Source of the DNA: an uncultured delta proteobacterium
GTDB lineage: Bacteria > Myxococcota_A > Polyangia > Fen-1088
Length of the DNA: 64,000 nucleotides
Assembly (NCBI GenBank): GCA_963737265.1
Contig: CAVTRY010000013.1
Location: 192,001 to 256,000 of the forward strand
Direction: 5' to 3'
Each line of letters opens with the position of its first letter. Within the stretch, counting starts at the first letter, position 1. The notes below the pieces were generated by a model, which saw only the letters and a program-made list of their open reading frames with translations, was not told where the DNA came from and ran no database searches. The translations under genes were made by a program, and so were the position numbers. Below are positions 28,427-39,932 of the stretch, piece by piece.

Positions 28427-29551
28427 TCACTTCACGCGCGCGCCGTCGCGGATGTCGGGGGTAAGCTCGGCAACGACCCTGTCGCCTGTCTTCAGCCCAT
28501 CCACCACCGGTACGAGCCCGCTTCTGGCCTCCGCGATCTGCACCAAGCGATCTTCGAGGCGGCCGCCAACGCTGACGAATACGTGACGTTGGCTGCCCTC
28601 GATGCGCACGGCCGCTTCCGGTACGCCTGGCAGCGTCTGCTCGCCTAATTCCAGCTTGGCGGTCACGAACATCCCCGGCCGCAGCTCGTGAGCTCCGTTT
28701 TCGACGAAGGCCTCCACCAGTGCGTCGCGAGTTTGCTGGCGCACCGATGGACCAATGTAGCGGATCTTGCCTCGGTAGGCGCGCCCCGGGTCGCCGGCCG
28801 CGGTCCGGAATTCCACCTTCATATCCTGGCGCACCTGCACGAGATCCGCCTCGGGAACGGTCAACTCGACCCGCAAGGCGTCGACGTCGACCAAGGTGAC
28901 CACCGGCGAGTCGGCCTTCACGTACTCGCCCGCCGTCACGTTTCGCTCTACCACCAGCCCGGCAAAGGGCGCGCGGATCTGCGTGTCCTGCAAAGCCTCT
29001 GCCGTGAGCGTCTTGCGTGCCTCCGCCGCCGACTCGGACCACCGGGTCGTCTCGCATTGGGTGTGGGCGCGATCGTATTCCGCCTTGGCAATGGCGCCCT
29101 TGTCAAACATACGCTGGGTGCGAGCGCAGTCGAGCTCAGCCTGTGTCCGCTGCGCCTTGAGCGACTTGAGCTGCGCCGCCGCTTCTTGCGCCTGGGCGCG
29201 CACCGCACGCGCGTCGAGCTGCACCAGCACCGCACCCTTCTGCACCACCTGGCCGCGTTCGACGAAGGTCGCGATCACCTTGCCCGCCGCACCCGCTGCG
29301 ACCTTCGCCTGTTCATTTGCGGTGAGCGTCCCCGAAACGTTCAGCACCCGCGGAATCTTGATATCCGATGCCGTCGCCAGCTTCACGTCGAGACTGGGCA
29401 CGGCCTCGGCCAGCGATCGTGTTTGGCCCGAGGCGCGGCTGCACGCGGAATAAATCGCCGCGCCGGCGAGAACGGCCACCAGCGGCGTGACGGAACGAAT
29501 CGATGGGTAAACATACGTCTTGATCATAGGACTCACTTTCGTCTCTGCCAT
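28427..29551 (-). CDS. RND periplasmic adaptor (MFP)
   Basis: GQVVQKGAVLVQLD, IRAPFAG, LRPGMF, GLKTGDRVV. Confidence 0.9.
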   Translation of the reverse strand: MAETKVSPMIKTYVYPSIRSVTPLVAVLAGAAIYSACSRASGQTRSLAEAVPSLDVKLATASDIKIPRVLNVSGTLTANEQAKVAAGAAGKVIATFVERGQVVQKGAVLVQLDARAVRAQAQEAAAQLKSLKAQRTQAELDCARTQRMFDKGAIAKAEYDRAHTQCETTRWSESAAEARKTLTAEALQDTQIRAPFAGLVVERNVTAGEYVKADSPVVTLVDVDALRVELTVPEADLVQVRQDMKVEFRTAAGDPGRAYRGKIRYIGPSVRQQTRDALVEAFVENGAHELRPGMFVTAKLELGEQTLPGVPEAAVRIEGSQRHVFVSVGGRLEDRLVQIAEARSGLVPVVDGLKTGDRVVAELTPDIRDGARVK

Positions 29552-29683
29552 TCAGATGTCCGAGCCGGCCGGACGTTTCGAGTGACCTCATGACGCTTGC
29601 GGTCCCCGCCGTCGCTGTTGCCGAATTGGAGCTGGCACGCGGCCCACCGGTGGTCTATGTTGAGTGCTTACTCAGTTCGAGCC

Positions 29684-32419
29684 CTATGAATATCGCCCGA
29701 GCCACCGCTGGCTTGGTCCGTCCAGCTTGTCGGGCACGGGCACCAAGAAGCGCATCCCGAACGAATCGGTAATCACATGGCGGCCGTCCTCTAGCTTGCG
29801 GATGTGGTCTTCCTGGTCCACCACGAACGTCCGCGGGCCGCGATCGGTGACGACGTGCCATTCGGACCAGGTCGCTTCGTGCATCACGCGCTCGATGCGC
29901 CTGACCTCGGGCAAGAATTCGCTGTTGGCCAGGACGGCCAGCAGCGCCTGGCGGGAGTCTTCCGCCAGCGCGGCCAAATTCTCGATACAGGCGCGGTCGT
30001 GGCCGCGCTCGCCTATCAGGCACACGAAAGTATTGGGGCTGGTCAAAGGGAAACAGCGGCGGGGCACGACCCTGTCGCGCTGCCGGCTACGACGGTCGAC
30101 CGCCCACAGATTTCCGTCGCCGTCGCGCTCGATCAGCAGATCCGCGACCTCGATGCGTGGCTGAGTTGCATGCTCAATCTGCTCCGGCTCCTTCGCCGCA
30201 TCTTCTGCCGCATCTTCCACTGCATCTTCCGCCGCGCCAAGCTCCGGCCGCGCCGGCGCCGACATCTGCGCGCGATGCAGGCGCGCGTACTCGCCGTCCA
30301 GCGCCAGCAATTCGGCGTGCGTCCCGCGTTCGGCCAGGCGGCCGTCCTTGATCACCAGCAGCACATCCGCCTTGCGCAGCGTACTCAGGCGGTGGGCGAT
30401 GGCGATGGTGGTGCGGCCGGCGACCACGTTGTCGAGCGCGCGCTGGATCTCGCGCTCGGTGTGCGTGTCCACCGCCGACGTCGCTTCGTCGAGTACCAGG
30501 ATGCGCGGGTCGACCAGGATGGCGCGCGCGATGGCGATGCGCTGGCGCTCGCCGCCCGACAGCGACTGTCCGCGCTCGCCCACCAGGGAATCGTAAACCT
30601 CCGGCAATTTTAGCACGAAGTCGTGCGCGTGCGCCGCGCGCGCCGCCTCGATGATCTGCGCGCCGGCGGCGCCGGGCTGGCCGTAGCCAATGTTGTCCGC
30701 GATGGTGCCGAAGAACAGAAACGGCTCCTGCAACACGATGCCGATGTGCTTGCGATAGGCCTCGATGGACAGGCGGCGGATGTCGGTGCCATCCACGCAC
30801 ACCGCGCCCGCGGATACGTCGTAGAAGCGACAGAGCAAATTGGCGACGGTGCTCTTGCCCGAGCCGGTGTGGCCCACGATGCCCACCATCTGGCCCGGCG
30901 CCACGGTGAAGCTGACGTCGTCGAGCACCAGGCGACTGCCGTAGCGGAACGAGACGCGGTCGAAGCGAATCTCGCCGCGCAGGTCGGGAATCGGCACCGG
31001 ATCCTTGGGATCGAGCACGCTTGGCACGCGGTCCAAAATTTCGAACAGGCGTTGCGCCGCCGCCGACGCGCGCTGGGTTGCGGTCAGCATGCGGCTCATG
31101 CTTTCGACCCGCGTGTAGAAACGGCTGATATAGGCGATGAATGCGGTCAACACGCCGACCGTGATTTGTTGGTGTAGCACCTGGCGCGCACCCACGCCCC
31201 AAACCACCAACAAGCCAATCTGGTTGAGCAGCGCGACCACCGGCCAGAAGAACGTCCACAGGGCATTGTTGCGGTTGTTCACGTCGACGATACGCTGGTT
31301 GGCCTGGGCGAAGCGCGCGATCTCGCGCCGCTCTTGCGAAAACGCCTTCACCACGCGAATGCCGGGAATGGTGTCGGCCAGGATGTTGGTCATGGCGGAC
31401 CACACGCGCCCGCCGCGCAGAAATCCGTGGGTCAGCTTGCCGCGAATGCGGATGATGAGCCACGCGATGGGCGGAAACGAAACGATGGCCGCCGCCGCCA
31501 GCAGCGGGTCGAGCGTGACTAGCACCGCGCACGTGCCCACGATCATGAGAACGTCGGTGACGAAGTCGATGAGCGTGTCCGAGAGGAACGAACAAAGGTG
31601 GTCGGTGTCCGAGCTGATGCGCGCGATGAGATCGCCGGTGCGCTTGCCGCCGAAATATTCGAGGCTCAATTTCTGAAGGTGCGTAAATGTCCGGTTACGC
31701 AGATCCGCGGCCACCTTCTCTGTCACGAACGCCAACAGAGCCCCCTGCGCCCAGGCCAAAAGCCACGCAACCACCGCGGCGCCGCCGAGTCCGCCCAAGT
31801 AGAGCAGCACCTTGGGCATCGCCGTCTCGAGCGTAAGTTGCCCGGCCTGGCCCGGCACCAGCACGCGATCCACGAGCGGCATGGTCAGGTAGGGTGGAAC
31901 GAGCCCGGCGGCCGTGCTCGCCAACGTCAGCAGCAGACCCACCAGCACCGCGCCGAGGTGCGGGCGCACGAATCCCATCAGGCGAAAAAGCGGGAATCGC
32001 CCCGACACCGGCAAGGCCCCGCTGTCGTCCCCGTCCCCCGGCGCCACCGGCCGCGGCAGCGCGCGCGTGGTGCCCGCGGGAAGCTCGGCCGCGAACGCAT
32101 CCAGCAATTGCGTCGCCTCGTCGGCCACCGCCAGGGTGTGAAACCAGCGCGCCAGCGCGCGCGTTCCGTCGGACAGGCGCAATTCGCCGAGTCCAGCATA
32201 TTCCCGGCGGTCGAGCGTCAGCCCGGGACCGAGCGGAACCGCGTTCCACGGACCGCCCTCGGTCCGCCAGCACAGGCGACGTGAAGTCAGGGCCACGATC
32301 AAGCGCGCGTAGCAAAGCCGCTCGTCGAGATCGGGCCGGAAGATCGCGCGCAAGCTCTCGCCGTCTGTAAGGGCGAGGCCGGGCAATGGCGCGAGAAGCT
32401 GTGGGGACGTGTCCGTCAT
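29684..32419 (-). CDS. Cyanophycin-associated ABC exporter (TMD+NBD) with fused C-terminal DUF1854-like domain
   Basis: [24 protein letters not shown]-terminal [10 protein letters not shown]...WHVVTDRG...DSFGMRF. Divergent from cphA. Confidence 0.85.
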   Translation of the reverse strand: MTDTSPQLLAPLPGLALTDGESLRAIFRPDLDERLCYARLIVALTSRRLCWRTEGGPWNAVPLGPGLTLDRREYAGLGELRLSDGTRALARWFHTLAVADEATQLLDAFAAELPAGTTRALPRPVAPGDGDDSGALPVSGRFPLFRLMGFVRPHLGAVLVGLLLTLASTAAGLVPPYLTMPLVDRVLVPGQAGQLTLETAMPKVLLYLGGLGGAAVVAWLLAWAQGALLAFVTEKVAADLRNRTFTHLQKLSLEYFGGKRTGDLIARISSDTDHLCSFLSDTLIDFVTDVLMIVGTCAVLVTLDPLLAAAAIVSFPPIAWLIIRIRGKLTHGFLRGGRVWSAMTNILADTIPGIRVVKAFSQERREIARFAQANQRIVDVNNRNNALWTFFWPVVALLNQIGLLVVWGVGARQVLHQQITVGVLTAFIAYISRFYTRVESMSRMLTATQRASAAAQRLFEILDRVPSVLDPKDPVPIPDLRGEIRFDRVSFRYGSRLVLDDVSFTVAPGQMVGIVGHTGSGKSTVANLLCRFYDVSAGAVCVDGTDIRRLSIEAYRKHIGIVLQEPFLFFGTIADNIGYGQPGAAGAQIIEAARAAHAHDFVLKLPEVYDSLVGERGQSLSGGERQRIAIARAILVDPRILVLDEATSAVDTHTEREIQRALDNVVAGRTTIAIAHRLSTLRKADVLLVIKDGRLAERGTHAELLALDGEYARLHRAQMSAPARPELGAAEDAVEDAAEDAAKEPEQIEHATQPRIEVADLLIERDGDGNLWAVDRRSRQRDRVVPRRCFPLTSPNTFVCLIGERGHDRACIENLAALAEDSRQALLAVLANSEFLPEVRRIERVMHEATWSEWHVVTDRGPRTFVVDQEDHIRKLEDGRHVITDSFGMRFLVPVPDKLDGPSQRWLGRYS

Positions 32420-32544
32420 AATAATGGTGGAAGGCCAGGGACTCTATCAGGCCACCCAAGAACAACGCGACTCGGATCTGGCGCTCGCCGCCGTGGAAGT
32501 GCAGGATGGCGCCGTCGCATTCCCCCGCGCGACCTAGTCAAGTC

Positions 32545-34635
32545 ATGCAGATTCGCAAAGTCTTGTCCCTGGTTGGTCCCAACATCTGGGCGAACTATCC
32601 CGTTCTCGAAGCGTGGGTCGATCTCGGCCGCTTCGACACCCTGCCTTCCAACCTGCTGCCCGGATTCAGCGATCGCCTGACAGCGTGGTTACCGTCGATG
32701 ATCGAACACCGCTGCAGCGAGGGCGTGCGCGGCGGCTTTTTCGAGCGCCTGCGCGACGGAACCTGGCTCGGCCACGTGCTTGAGCACGTCACCTTGGAGC
32801 TGCAAACCCTGGCGCACTTGCCGGTGGGCTACGGCCGCACGCGGGAAACCAACGAGCGCGGCGTGTACCGCGTCGTGGTCGAATGCCTGGAGCCGGGATT
32901 TGCCGAGGCCTGCCTGCACACCGCACGCGACCTCATTCTGGCCGCCGTCGATGGCGTTGCGTTCGACGTTGCCGGAAACTTGCGCCGCCTGCGCGAGCTG
33001 GCGGACAAGCTCTGTCTGGGACCGAGCACGCAAGCCATCGTCAGCGCGGCCAAGGCGCGCGGGATCCCGTTCGTGCGCATGAGCCACGGCAATCTCGTTC
33101 AGCTCGGCTACGGCAAGGCCCAACGGCGCATCTGGGCCGCCGAGACCGCCAAGACCTGCGCCCTCGCCGAATCCATCGCGCAGGACAAAGAGCTCACGCG
33201 CCAGTTGCTCTATTCCGTCGGCGTGCCCATGCCGGCGGGGCGCGCCGCCACCAGCCGCGACGACGCCTGGACCGCGGCCGAAGAGCTCGGCCTGCCGGTG
33301 GTCGTCAAGCCGCAAGATGCAAACCACGGACGTGGCGTTTCCATCCGCCTTGAAGATAGAGCCGCTGTCGAGGCTGCCTTCGAGATTGCATCGCGCGAAG
33401 GCAGCGGCGTGGTGGTCGAGCGCTTTGTTTCAGGCACCCAGTATCGCGTCTTGGTCGTGGGCGACCAAGCCGTCGCGGCCAGCGGTGGGGAAGCCGAGCA
33501 GGTGCTCGCCGACGGAGTCCACACCGTCGAGGAGTTGGTCGCACAGGCCAATCAGGATCCCAAGCGCGGCGAGGATTCGGCCCTGCCTCTTACCACGCTG
33601 ATTCTCGACGAGATTTCGCTCGAGCTGCTGCGGCGCCAGGGACTGGAGAAGGACTCCGTACCCGAGGGCGGTCGCATGGTGCTGATTCACCACAACGGCG
33701 ATCTTACCGTGGACGAAACCGAGCGCATGCACCCCGAGGTCGCGGCAAGCTGCGTGGTCGCGGCGCAAACCGTGGGCCTGGACGTCGCCGGGGTGGATCT
33801 GATTGCCGAGGACATCGGGCGCCCGCTGGAGGAACAGAACGGCGCGGTCATCGAGGTCAACGCCAGTCCGGGCCTGGTTATGCACCTAAAGCCTTTGGTG
33901 GGCAGGCCCCGCCCGGTCGGCGAGGCCATCGTGAAGCACCTGTTTCCGAACCACGAGACCGGACGCGTGCCGCTGGTCGCGGTTTCCGGAACCCATGGCA
34001 AGACCACTGTCGTGTCCTTGGTCGCTGCCATCCTTGCCGCCGCAAGGCGCATGGTTGGACAAGCGAGCACGCAAGGCTTGCGGGTCGGCAAACGCGTGCT
34101 TTCCCAAAAAAGCAGCGCGGACGCGGCCAGTGCCCGCCGCTTGCTGCTGAATCCGTTCGTTGACGCCATCGTTGTCGAAACCTCGGAAATCAACATTATC
34201 CGCGAGGGATTGGCCTTCGATCGGTGCGACGTCGCCGTGGTCACCGGCCTCGGCGAAGGCGACTGTTCGGGCGAGCAGTACGTCGACGCCTCGCTGGTGG
34301 CCAAGGCCGTTCGCGCACCGGTCGACGTGGTGTTGCCCGATGGGTGCGCGGCTCTCAACGCCGACGATGCCGGGGTGGTGGCCATGGCGGAAAAATGCCG
34401 CGGAAGAGTTGTCTACTTCGCAAGAAGCGGTGAAAGTCCCGTGGTCCGCGACCATCTGAGTCGGGGTGGCCAGGCGGTCTACGTCGTCGCTGGGTGCGTC
34501 GTCGCCGCGCATGCGGACAAGTCGACGCCTGTTCTGGAGCTCGCGAACGCGGCAAGTCACGAGGTGCTGGCAGCCGTCGGGGCTGGAATCGCCCTTGGCC
34601 TGGATGTGGATGCGATCCGGCGTGGTTGCCTGTGA
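32545..34635 (+). CDS. cphA: Cyanophycin synthetase-like protein, C-terminally short copy
   Basis: GPNIW, EHRCSEG...[28 protein letters not shown]-grasp VKP.DANHGRG and EVNASPG, Mur-like GTHGKTT. Lacks the final Mur_C domain. Confidence 0.85.
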   Translation: MQIRKVLSLVGPNIWANYPVLEAWVDLGRFDTLPSNLLPGFSDRLTAWLPSMIEHRCSEGVRGGFFERLRDGTWLGHVLEHVTLELQTLAHLPVGYGRTRETNERGVYRVVVECLEPGFAEACLHTARDLILAAVDGVAFDVAGNLRRLRELADKLCLGPSTQAIVSAAKARGIPFVRMSHGNLVQLGYGKAQRRIWAAETAKTCALAESIAQDKELTRQLLYSVGVPMPAGRAATSRDDAWTAAEELGLPVVVKPQDANHGRGVSIRLEDRAAVEAAFEIASREGSGVVVERFVSGTQYRVLVVGDQAVAASGGEAEQVLADGVHTVEELVAQANQDPKRGEDSALPLTTLILDEISLELLRRQGLEKDSVPEGGRMVLIHHNGDLTVDETERMHPEVAASCVVAAQTVGLDVAGVDLIAEDIGRPLEEQNGAVIEVNASPGLVMHLKPLVGRPRPVGEAIVKHLFPNHETGRVPLVAVSGTHGKTTVVSLVAAILAAARRMVGQASTQGLRVGKRVLSQKSSADAASARRLLLNPFVDAIVVETSEINIIREGLAFDRCDVAVVTGLGEGDCSGEQYVDASLVAKAVRAPVDVVLPDGCAALNADDAGVVAMAEKCRGRVVYFARSGESPVVRDHLSRGGQAVYVVAGCVVAAHADKSTPVLELANAASHEVLAAVGAGIALGLDVDAIRRGCL

Positions 34636-34908
34636 GTCATTCTCCACGCTAATGCTGGCGTCACAGAGCCGCCAACTGGCTAGAATCGATGCCAAATCAT
34701 GCAACGTCCGGCCGTGACGTGGGAAAAAATAGTTGGCGAGAGCGGTCTTGAGAGCCGTCCATAGAATAATAGACTGGCCTGGATCGTCTGATTCTCATCG
34801 TCGTCTCACCCTCCGTGCGCTCCGGACAAGGTCAGGCGAATTCGCACAGCAGCAAAAGGAACATGGTTCGCCCGACCCTAGCAGGCTGGCGGCCGTGGAA
34901 AACAGCCG

Positions 34909-37563
34909 ATGAAAACAGACATCCTTCGCATCCTCCGCGGTCCCAATCTTTGGTCGGACGACACCCTTCTCGAAGTGGTGCTGGAGGTCGATTCCGATCT
35001 GCTGACGCCAGCGATGCTGGGGCGGCTGCGCGGCTGGCTGACCAAGGATTTGGCCACCATGACGCAGGCGATTTGGGACCGCAGCGAAGCCTCCGAGTCG
35101 CACCACGGCGAGGCCTGTTTGATCGCCGAGCTGACCGCGGCTCTGGAGCGCGTGGCGGGTTCCGAGGTCGCACCACCCACGGTTCACGAGCTGTCGCCCG
35201 GCACGCGTTTTCGCATCCTGGTGCAGTACCAGGAACAGGAAGTGGGAAAGCGGGCGTTGACGCTGGCGCTGGACCTGCTCGCGGCAGCGCGCACCGACAA
35301 GCGCGTCGACCTCGAAGCCGCTACCCAAGAGCTGCGCAGTCTCAACCAATCGGTCCGGCTGGGGCCGAGCACCGGCGCCATCGTGCGTGCCGCCGAGGCG
35401 CGCGGGATCCCGACGCGCCGATTGACCGACGGAAGCTTGGTCATGCTTGGATACGGATCGCGCCAGCGCCGCATCTGGGCCGCCGAAACCGACCGCACCA
35501 GCGCCATCGCCGAATCCATCGCGCAGGACAAGGAGCTGACCAAGGCGTTGCTCGCCACGGTTGGCGTTCCCGTGCCTGAGGGGCGCCCGGTTTCCAGTGC
35601 TGAAGAAGCCTGGACAGCCGCCCAGGAAATCGGAGTGCCCGTGGTGGTGAAACCGCGCAAGGGCAATCAAGGACGAGGCGTCTCGGTTGGCCTGCGAACC
35701 CGCGAAGCCGTGACGGCGGCCTTTGAAATCGCGCTGGCCCAGGACGGGGAAGTCCTCGTCGAGCGCCATGTGGACGGTTGCGACTTCCGCCTGCTGGTCA
35801 TCGGCGGTCGTTTGATTTCCGCGGCTCGGCGCGAATGTCCCACCGTGACCGGCGACGGCCAACACAGCATTGCGGGCCTGGTGGAAATCGCCAACCAGGA
35901 TCCGCTGCGCGGCGAAGATCACAGCACGGCGCTCAGCAAGTTGCGCCTGGATGCCATCGGGTGCGAAATGCTGTCCGAACAGGGCATGTCGATCGACACC
36001 ATTCCCGCCTCCGGGCAAGTGGTGATCCTGCGCCGGAATGCCAACCTCAGCACCGGCGGCAGCGCGGTGGACGTCACCGACGAGGTTCACCCCGAGGTCG
36101 CGGATCGCGCCATCGAGGCCGCCGCCATGGTGGGCCTGGACGTGGCCGGCATCGACATCGTCGCCTCGCGCATCGATCAACCTCTCGACATCACCCGCAG
36201 CGCCATCGTCGAGGTCAATGCGGCGCCTGGCCTACGCATGCACATCGAACCGTCGAGCGGCACCCCGCGCCCGGTGGGCGAGGCCATGATCAATTCCATT
36301 TTTCCGCACGGTGAAAACGGTCGTATTCCCATCGTCACCGTCACCGGCACCAACGGCAAGACCACCACCACTCGCTGCATCTCCCACCTGCTCCAGCGTT
36401 CTGGCCGCCGCGTCGGCATGACCTGCACCGACGGAATCTACGTCGAAGGTCGCCGCATCGACACCGGCGACTGCAGCGGCCCCAAGAGCGCCCGCGCCAT
36501 CCTAGGCAATCCGCGCGTCGACGCCGCCGTGCTGGAAACCGCGCGCGGCGGGGTCTTGCGCGAGGGACTCGGCTTCGACTGGTGCGACGTCGCGGTCGTC
36601 ACCAACGTCGGCGAAGGCGATCACCTGGGATTGGGCGGCATAGCCACCGTCGAGGAGCTCGCGCGGGTCAAGGCCATTCCCGTCCGTCGCGTGTCGGCGC
36701 AAGGCGCGGCCGTGCTCAACGCCGACGATCCGCTGGTGGTGGCCATTGCCAAGCTGTGCCGGGGCAGCGTGATTTTCTTCGGCCGCGATCCCGAATCGCC
36801 GGTTCTCGCCGCCCACCGTAGCGCCGGCGGCAAAGTCGTTACCGTGCGCGACGGCGCTATCGTCATCGCCACCGGCAAGGACGAACGCCGCGTGGCTAGC
36901 CTCGCCGATTTGCCGCTGACCCACGGCGGTCGCATCGCCTTCCAGGTCGAGAACCTGCTTGCCTCGGTCGCCGCGGGCCACGCGCTCGGACTGTCGCTTG
37001 AATGTCTGCGCATCGGCGTCGAAACGTTCACCAGCGACATCAAAACCGTTCCCGGCCGCTTCAATGTGCTCAGCCACTGCGGCAGCACTGTGATCCTCGA
37101 CTACGGCCACAACTCGTCCGCACTTCTGGCGCTGGGCGAGGCCATCGAGAAGATGCCGCATCGGCGGCGCAAGATTGTCTACACCGCGGCCGGTGACCGG
37201 CGCGACGAGGACATCGTCCGTCAGGCGAAAATCATCGGCGACTTCTTCCAGGACATCTTCATCTACGAAGACCAGTGCACGCGCGGCCGCCCCGACGGAG
37301 AAATCATGCGCCTCATGCGCGAAGGCTTCGGTCCCGGCCGGCGAGATCGCATCGTTCTGCAAGAAATCGGCGAGCTCGCAGCCATCGGCAGCGCCATCGC
37401 CGGCCTCAAGCCCGGCGATCTCCTGCTCTGCCAAGTAGACCAGATCGATCTCGCCCTCGACTACGTCACCCGCCTCTTCCGCCAGGCCGAGCCGCACCCA
37501 ACGAGCAGCCCATCTGCGAGGCACAAGCCCCGAGCTGTGTCCCTTCCTGCCAGCGCGGGTTGA
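34909..37563 (+). CDS. cphA: Cyanophycin synthetase, full-length copy
   Basis: [55 protein letters not shown]. Confidence 0.92.
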   Translation: MKTDILRILRGPNLWSDDTLLEVVLEVDSDLLTPAMLGRLRGWLTKDLATMTQAIWDRSEASESHHGEACLIAELTAALERVAGSEVAPPTVHELSPGTRFRILVQYQEQEVGKRALTLALDLLAAARTDKRVDLEAATQELRSLNQSVRLGPSTGAIVRAAEARGIPTRRLTDGSLVMLGYGSRQRRIWAAETDRTSAIAESIAQDKELTKALLATVGVPVPEGRPVSSAEEAWTAAQEIGVPVVVKPRKGNQGRGVSVGLRTREAVTAAFEIALAQDGEVLVERHVDGCDFRLLVIGGRLISAARRECPTVTGDGQHSIAGLVEIANQDPLRGEDHSTALSKLRLDAIGCEMLSEQGMSIDTIPASGQVVILRRNANLSTGGSAVDVTDEVHPEVADRAIEAAAMVGLDVAGIDIVASRIDQPLDITRSAIVEVNAAPGLRMHIEPSSGTPRPVGEAMINSIFPHGENGRIPIVTVTGTNGKTTTTRCISHLLQRSGRRVGMTCTDGIYVEGRRIDTGDCSGPKSARAILGNPRVDAAVLETARGGVLREGLGFDWCDVAVVTNVGEGDHLGLGGIATVEELARVKAIPVRRVSAQGAAVLNADDPLVVAIAKLCRGSVIFFGRDPESPVLAAHRSAGGKVVTVRDGAIVIATGKDERRVASLADLPLTHGGRIAFQVENLLASVAAGHALGLSLECLRIGVETFTSDIKTVPGRFNVLSHCGSTVILDYGHNSSALLALGEAIEKMPHRRRKIVYTAAGDRRDEDIVRQAKIIGDFFQDIFIYEDQCTRGRPDGEIMRLMREGFGPGRRDRIVLQEIGELAAIGSAIAGLKPGDLLLCQVDQIDLALDYVTRLFRQAEPHPTSSPSARHKPRAVSLPASAG

Positions 37564-37721
37564 AGCATCGTCTGGGGCTCGAGCTTGGGGCCAATGGGGC
37601 GTGTTGCGTGCTGGGGACGACCTTGCCGGCATCGACTGCACGAAGTTCTGAGCCAGGCGGCTTTCACGCCAACGGCCAAAGGGGCTCGCACTTGGCCAAT
37701 CCATGTGGAATGTTTTTGCCC

Positions 37722-39704
37722 ATGCCCGACTTCGAAAAATTGACTGCTGCGGCGAACATTGCGCGGGGACTGGCCATGGATGCTGTTCAGGCCTGCGCCT
37801 CCGGTCACCTCGGCCTACCGCTGGGAGCGGCCGAGATCGGCGCCGTGCTCTTCGGCGAGCTGCTTCGTCATGATCCCGACGATCCGGCGTGGATCAACCG
37901 CGATCGTTTCCTGCTCTCCGCCGGACACGGGAGCATGTTCCTGTACGCGTGGCTGCACCTTGGCGGCTACCCGCTGTCGCTCGACGAAATCAGGCGCTTT
38001 CGCCAGTGGGGATCGAAGACGCCCGGACACCCCGAGTTTCGGCACACGCCCGGCGTGGAGGCCACCACCGGTCCGCTCGGGCAAGGGGTCGGCAACGCCG
38101 TCGGGCAGGCGGTGGCGGCCAAGATGCTGGCAGCGCGCTTCAACACGGCCGAGCACACCATCTTCGATCACACCATCTGGGCCCTGGCCGGCGATGGTTG
38201 CATGCAGGAAGGTGTCGCCTCCGAGGCTGCCGCGATGGCCGGGCACTTCAAGCTCGACAACCTGATTCTGATCTACGATTCCAACTACGTCACGCTCGAC
38301 GCGATGGCCGCCAAATCGCAAAGCGAGGACACGGCCAAGCGCTTCGAGGCTTATGGCTACGAGGTCCTGCACCTCGACAAGGGAAACGACCTTGCCGAGG
38401 TCCACGACGTGTTGGCGCGCGCCCGGGCTTCGAAGAGCGGCAAGCCACGCTTCGTCCTGGCGCATACGCTGATTGGCAAAGGGATTCCGGAAGTGGAGGG
38501 AACCCAGAAGGCCCACGGCGAGGGTGGCGCGAAGTTTGTGGATCAGGCGCGCCGAGGACTCGGGTTGCCCGAGGAGAAATTCTGGGTTTCAGGCGAGGTG
38601 AAGGCGTTCTTCGCCGAACGAAGAAAGGTGCTGGGGGCAGAGCATGCCTCGTGGCGAGAAACCTTCGCCGCCTGGCGCGCGAAGAATCCCGATTTGGCGA
38701 GGCAGCTCGACGATGCCAACGCGCTGGCGGTCCCCGCGGATCTATCCGCCAAAATTCCACCCTTCGCCGCCGACGCCAAGCTGGCCACGCGCAAGGCGGG
38801 CGAGACGGTGTTGCAAGTTGTTGCCTCCGAGGTGCCGTATCTCATGGGTGCCAGCGCCGACCTCTACGGCTCGACATTCAATTACATCGCGGCCAGCACC
38901 GACTGGGACCCGTCGCACGCAAGCGGGCGCAACATCCGCATCGGCATTCGCGAACACGGCATGGGTGCCATCTTGAATGGCATCGCCTACCACGGCGGCG
39001 TGCGCCCCAGCGGCTCTACCTTCATGGTTTTCGCCGACTACCTGCGGCCGAGCATTCGCTTGGCGGCGCTGGCGCGTTTGCCCGTGATCTACGTCTTCAC
39101 CCACGATTCCGTGGGGGTGGGCGAAGACGGCCCCACCCATCAACCCATCGAGACGCTGATGGGGTTGCGCGCGATGGTCGGGCTCGACGTGATTCGCCCC
39201 GCCGATCCCGAGGAGACGGCGGGCGCGTGGCTCGCCGCCATCGAGCACACGGAAGGCCCGACGGTCCTGGCACTCACGCGGCAGGCAGTCCCGGTGCTTC
39301 CCGGCGAGGCACGGGCCAAACGTATTGGAGTCCTGCGCGGTGGCTACGTCCTTTTGCCGGAGAGTGCCGCGCTCGACACGATCCTCATCGCCACCGGAAG
39401 CGAGGTGCAGCACGCGGTGGCGGCCGCGCGCGAGCTCGGCCCCGGCACACGCGTCGTGTCCCTTCCTTGCTTTTCGCGCTTCGAGCGCCAACCGGCCGAC
39501 TACCGCGAGGCGATTTTGCCGTCTGCGTGCGAGCGGCGCGTGTCGATCGAGGCGGGCGTCACCTTCGGTTGGCGTGCCCATGTCGGAACTCGCGGCCGCA
39601 TGGTGGGAATCGATCGCTTCGGCGCGAGCGCCCCGGGGAACGTGGTCATGGAAGAGTTTGGCATGACCAAAGCGGCGGTGGTTGCGGCGGTGCGCAGCCT
39701 GTGA
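37722..39704 (+). CDS. tkt: Transketolase
   Basis: [53 protein letters not shown]. Confidence 0.97.
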   Translation: MPDFEKLTAAANIARGLAMDAVQACASGHLGLPLGAAEIGAVLFGELLRHDPDDPAWINRDRFLLSAGHGSMFLYAWLHLGGYPLSLDEIRRFRQWGSKTPGHPEFRHTPGVEATTGPLGQGVGNAVGQAVAAKMLAARFNTAEHTIFDHTIWALAGDGCMQEGVASEAAAMAGHFKLDNLILIYDSNYVTLDAMAAKSQSEDTAKRFEAYGYEVLHLDKGNDLAEVHDVLARARASKSGKPRFVLAHTLIGKGIPEVEGTQKAHGEGGAKFVDQARRGLGLPEEKFWVSGEVKAFFAERRKVLGAEHASWRETFAAWRAKNPDLARQLDDANALAVPADLSAKIPPFAADAKLATRKAGETVLQVVASEVPYLMGASADLYGSTFNYIAASTDWDPSHASGRNIRIGIREHGMGAILNGIAYHGGVRPSGSTFMVFADYLRPSIRLAALARLPVIYVFTHDSVGVGEDGPTHQPIETLMGLRAMVGLDVIRPADPEETAGAWLAAIEHTEGPTVLALTRQAVPVLPGEARAKRIGVLRGGYVLLPESAALDTILIATGSEVQHAVAAARELGPGTRVVSLPCFSRFERQPADYREAILPSACERRVSIEAGVTFGWRAHVGTRGRMVGIDRFGASAPGNVVMEEFGMTKAAVVAAVRSL

Positions 39705-39714
39705 GGGGCTGCGG

Positions 39715-39910
39715 TGCCGAACGCCAATAGGCCTCGATGAGTGAATTGGAAAAGGCGACCTCAACCTGGACGAGGATGCGGTCCAAGCATGCGGTGAGCA
39801 GGATGGAATCCACCGCGCCATTCACGTTCTCGACACCGGAATCGGCATACAGCAGCGGCCGGCCCGCAATTACAAGATGCTTGCCAGCGGCCAGCAACAC
39901 CTGGCACGTG
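39715..39910 (-). pseudogene. DDE (rve-type) transposase fragment
   Basis: LYADSGVENVN...VQVEVAFSNSLIEAYWRS matches the second Asp and the N..IE region of integrase-core transposases. Confidence 0.6.
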
Positions 39911-39932
39911 GCATCACCCCTCCTGGGGTGGA

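Noticed and set aside
37275-37721. N-terminal extension of transketolase
   Set aside because: It overlaps the cphA 3' end and is not protein-like. Homology starts near the ATG at 37722.
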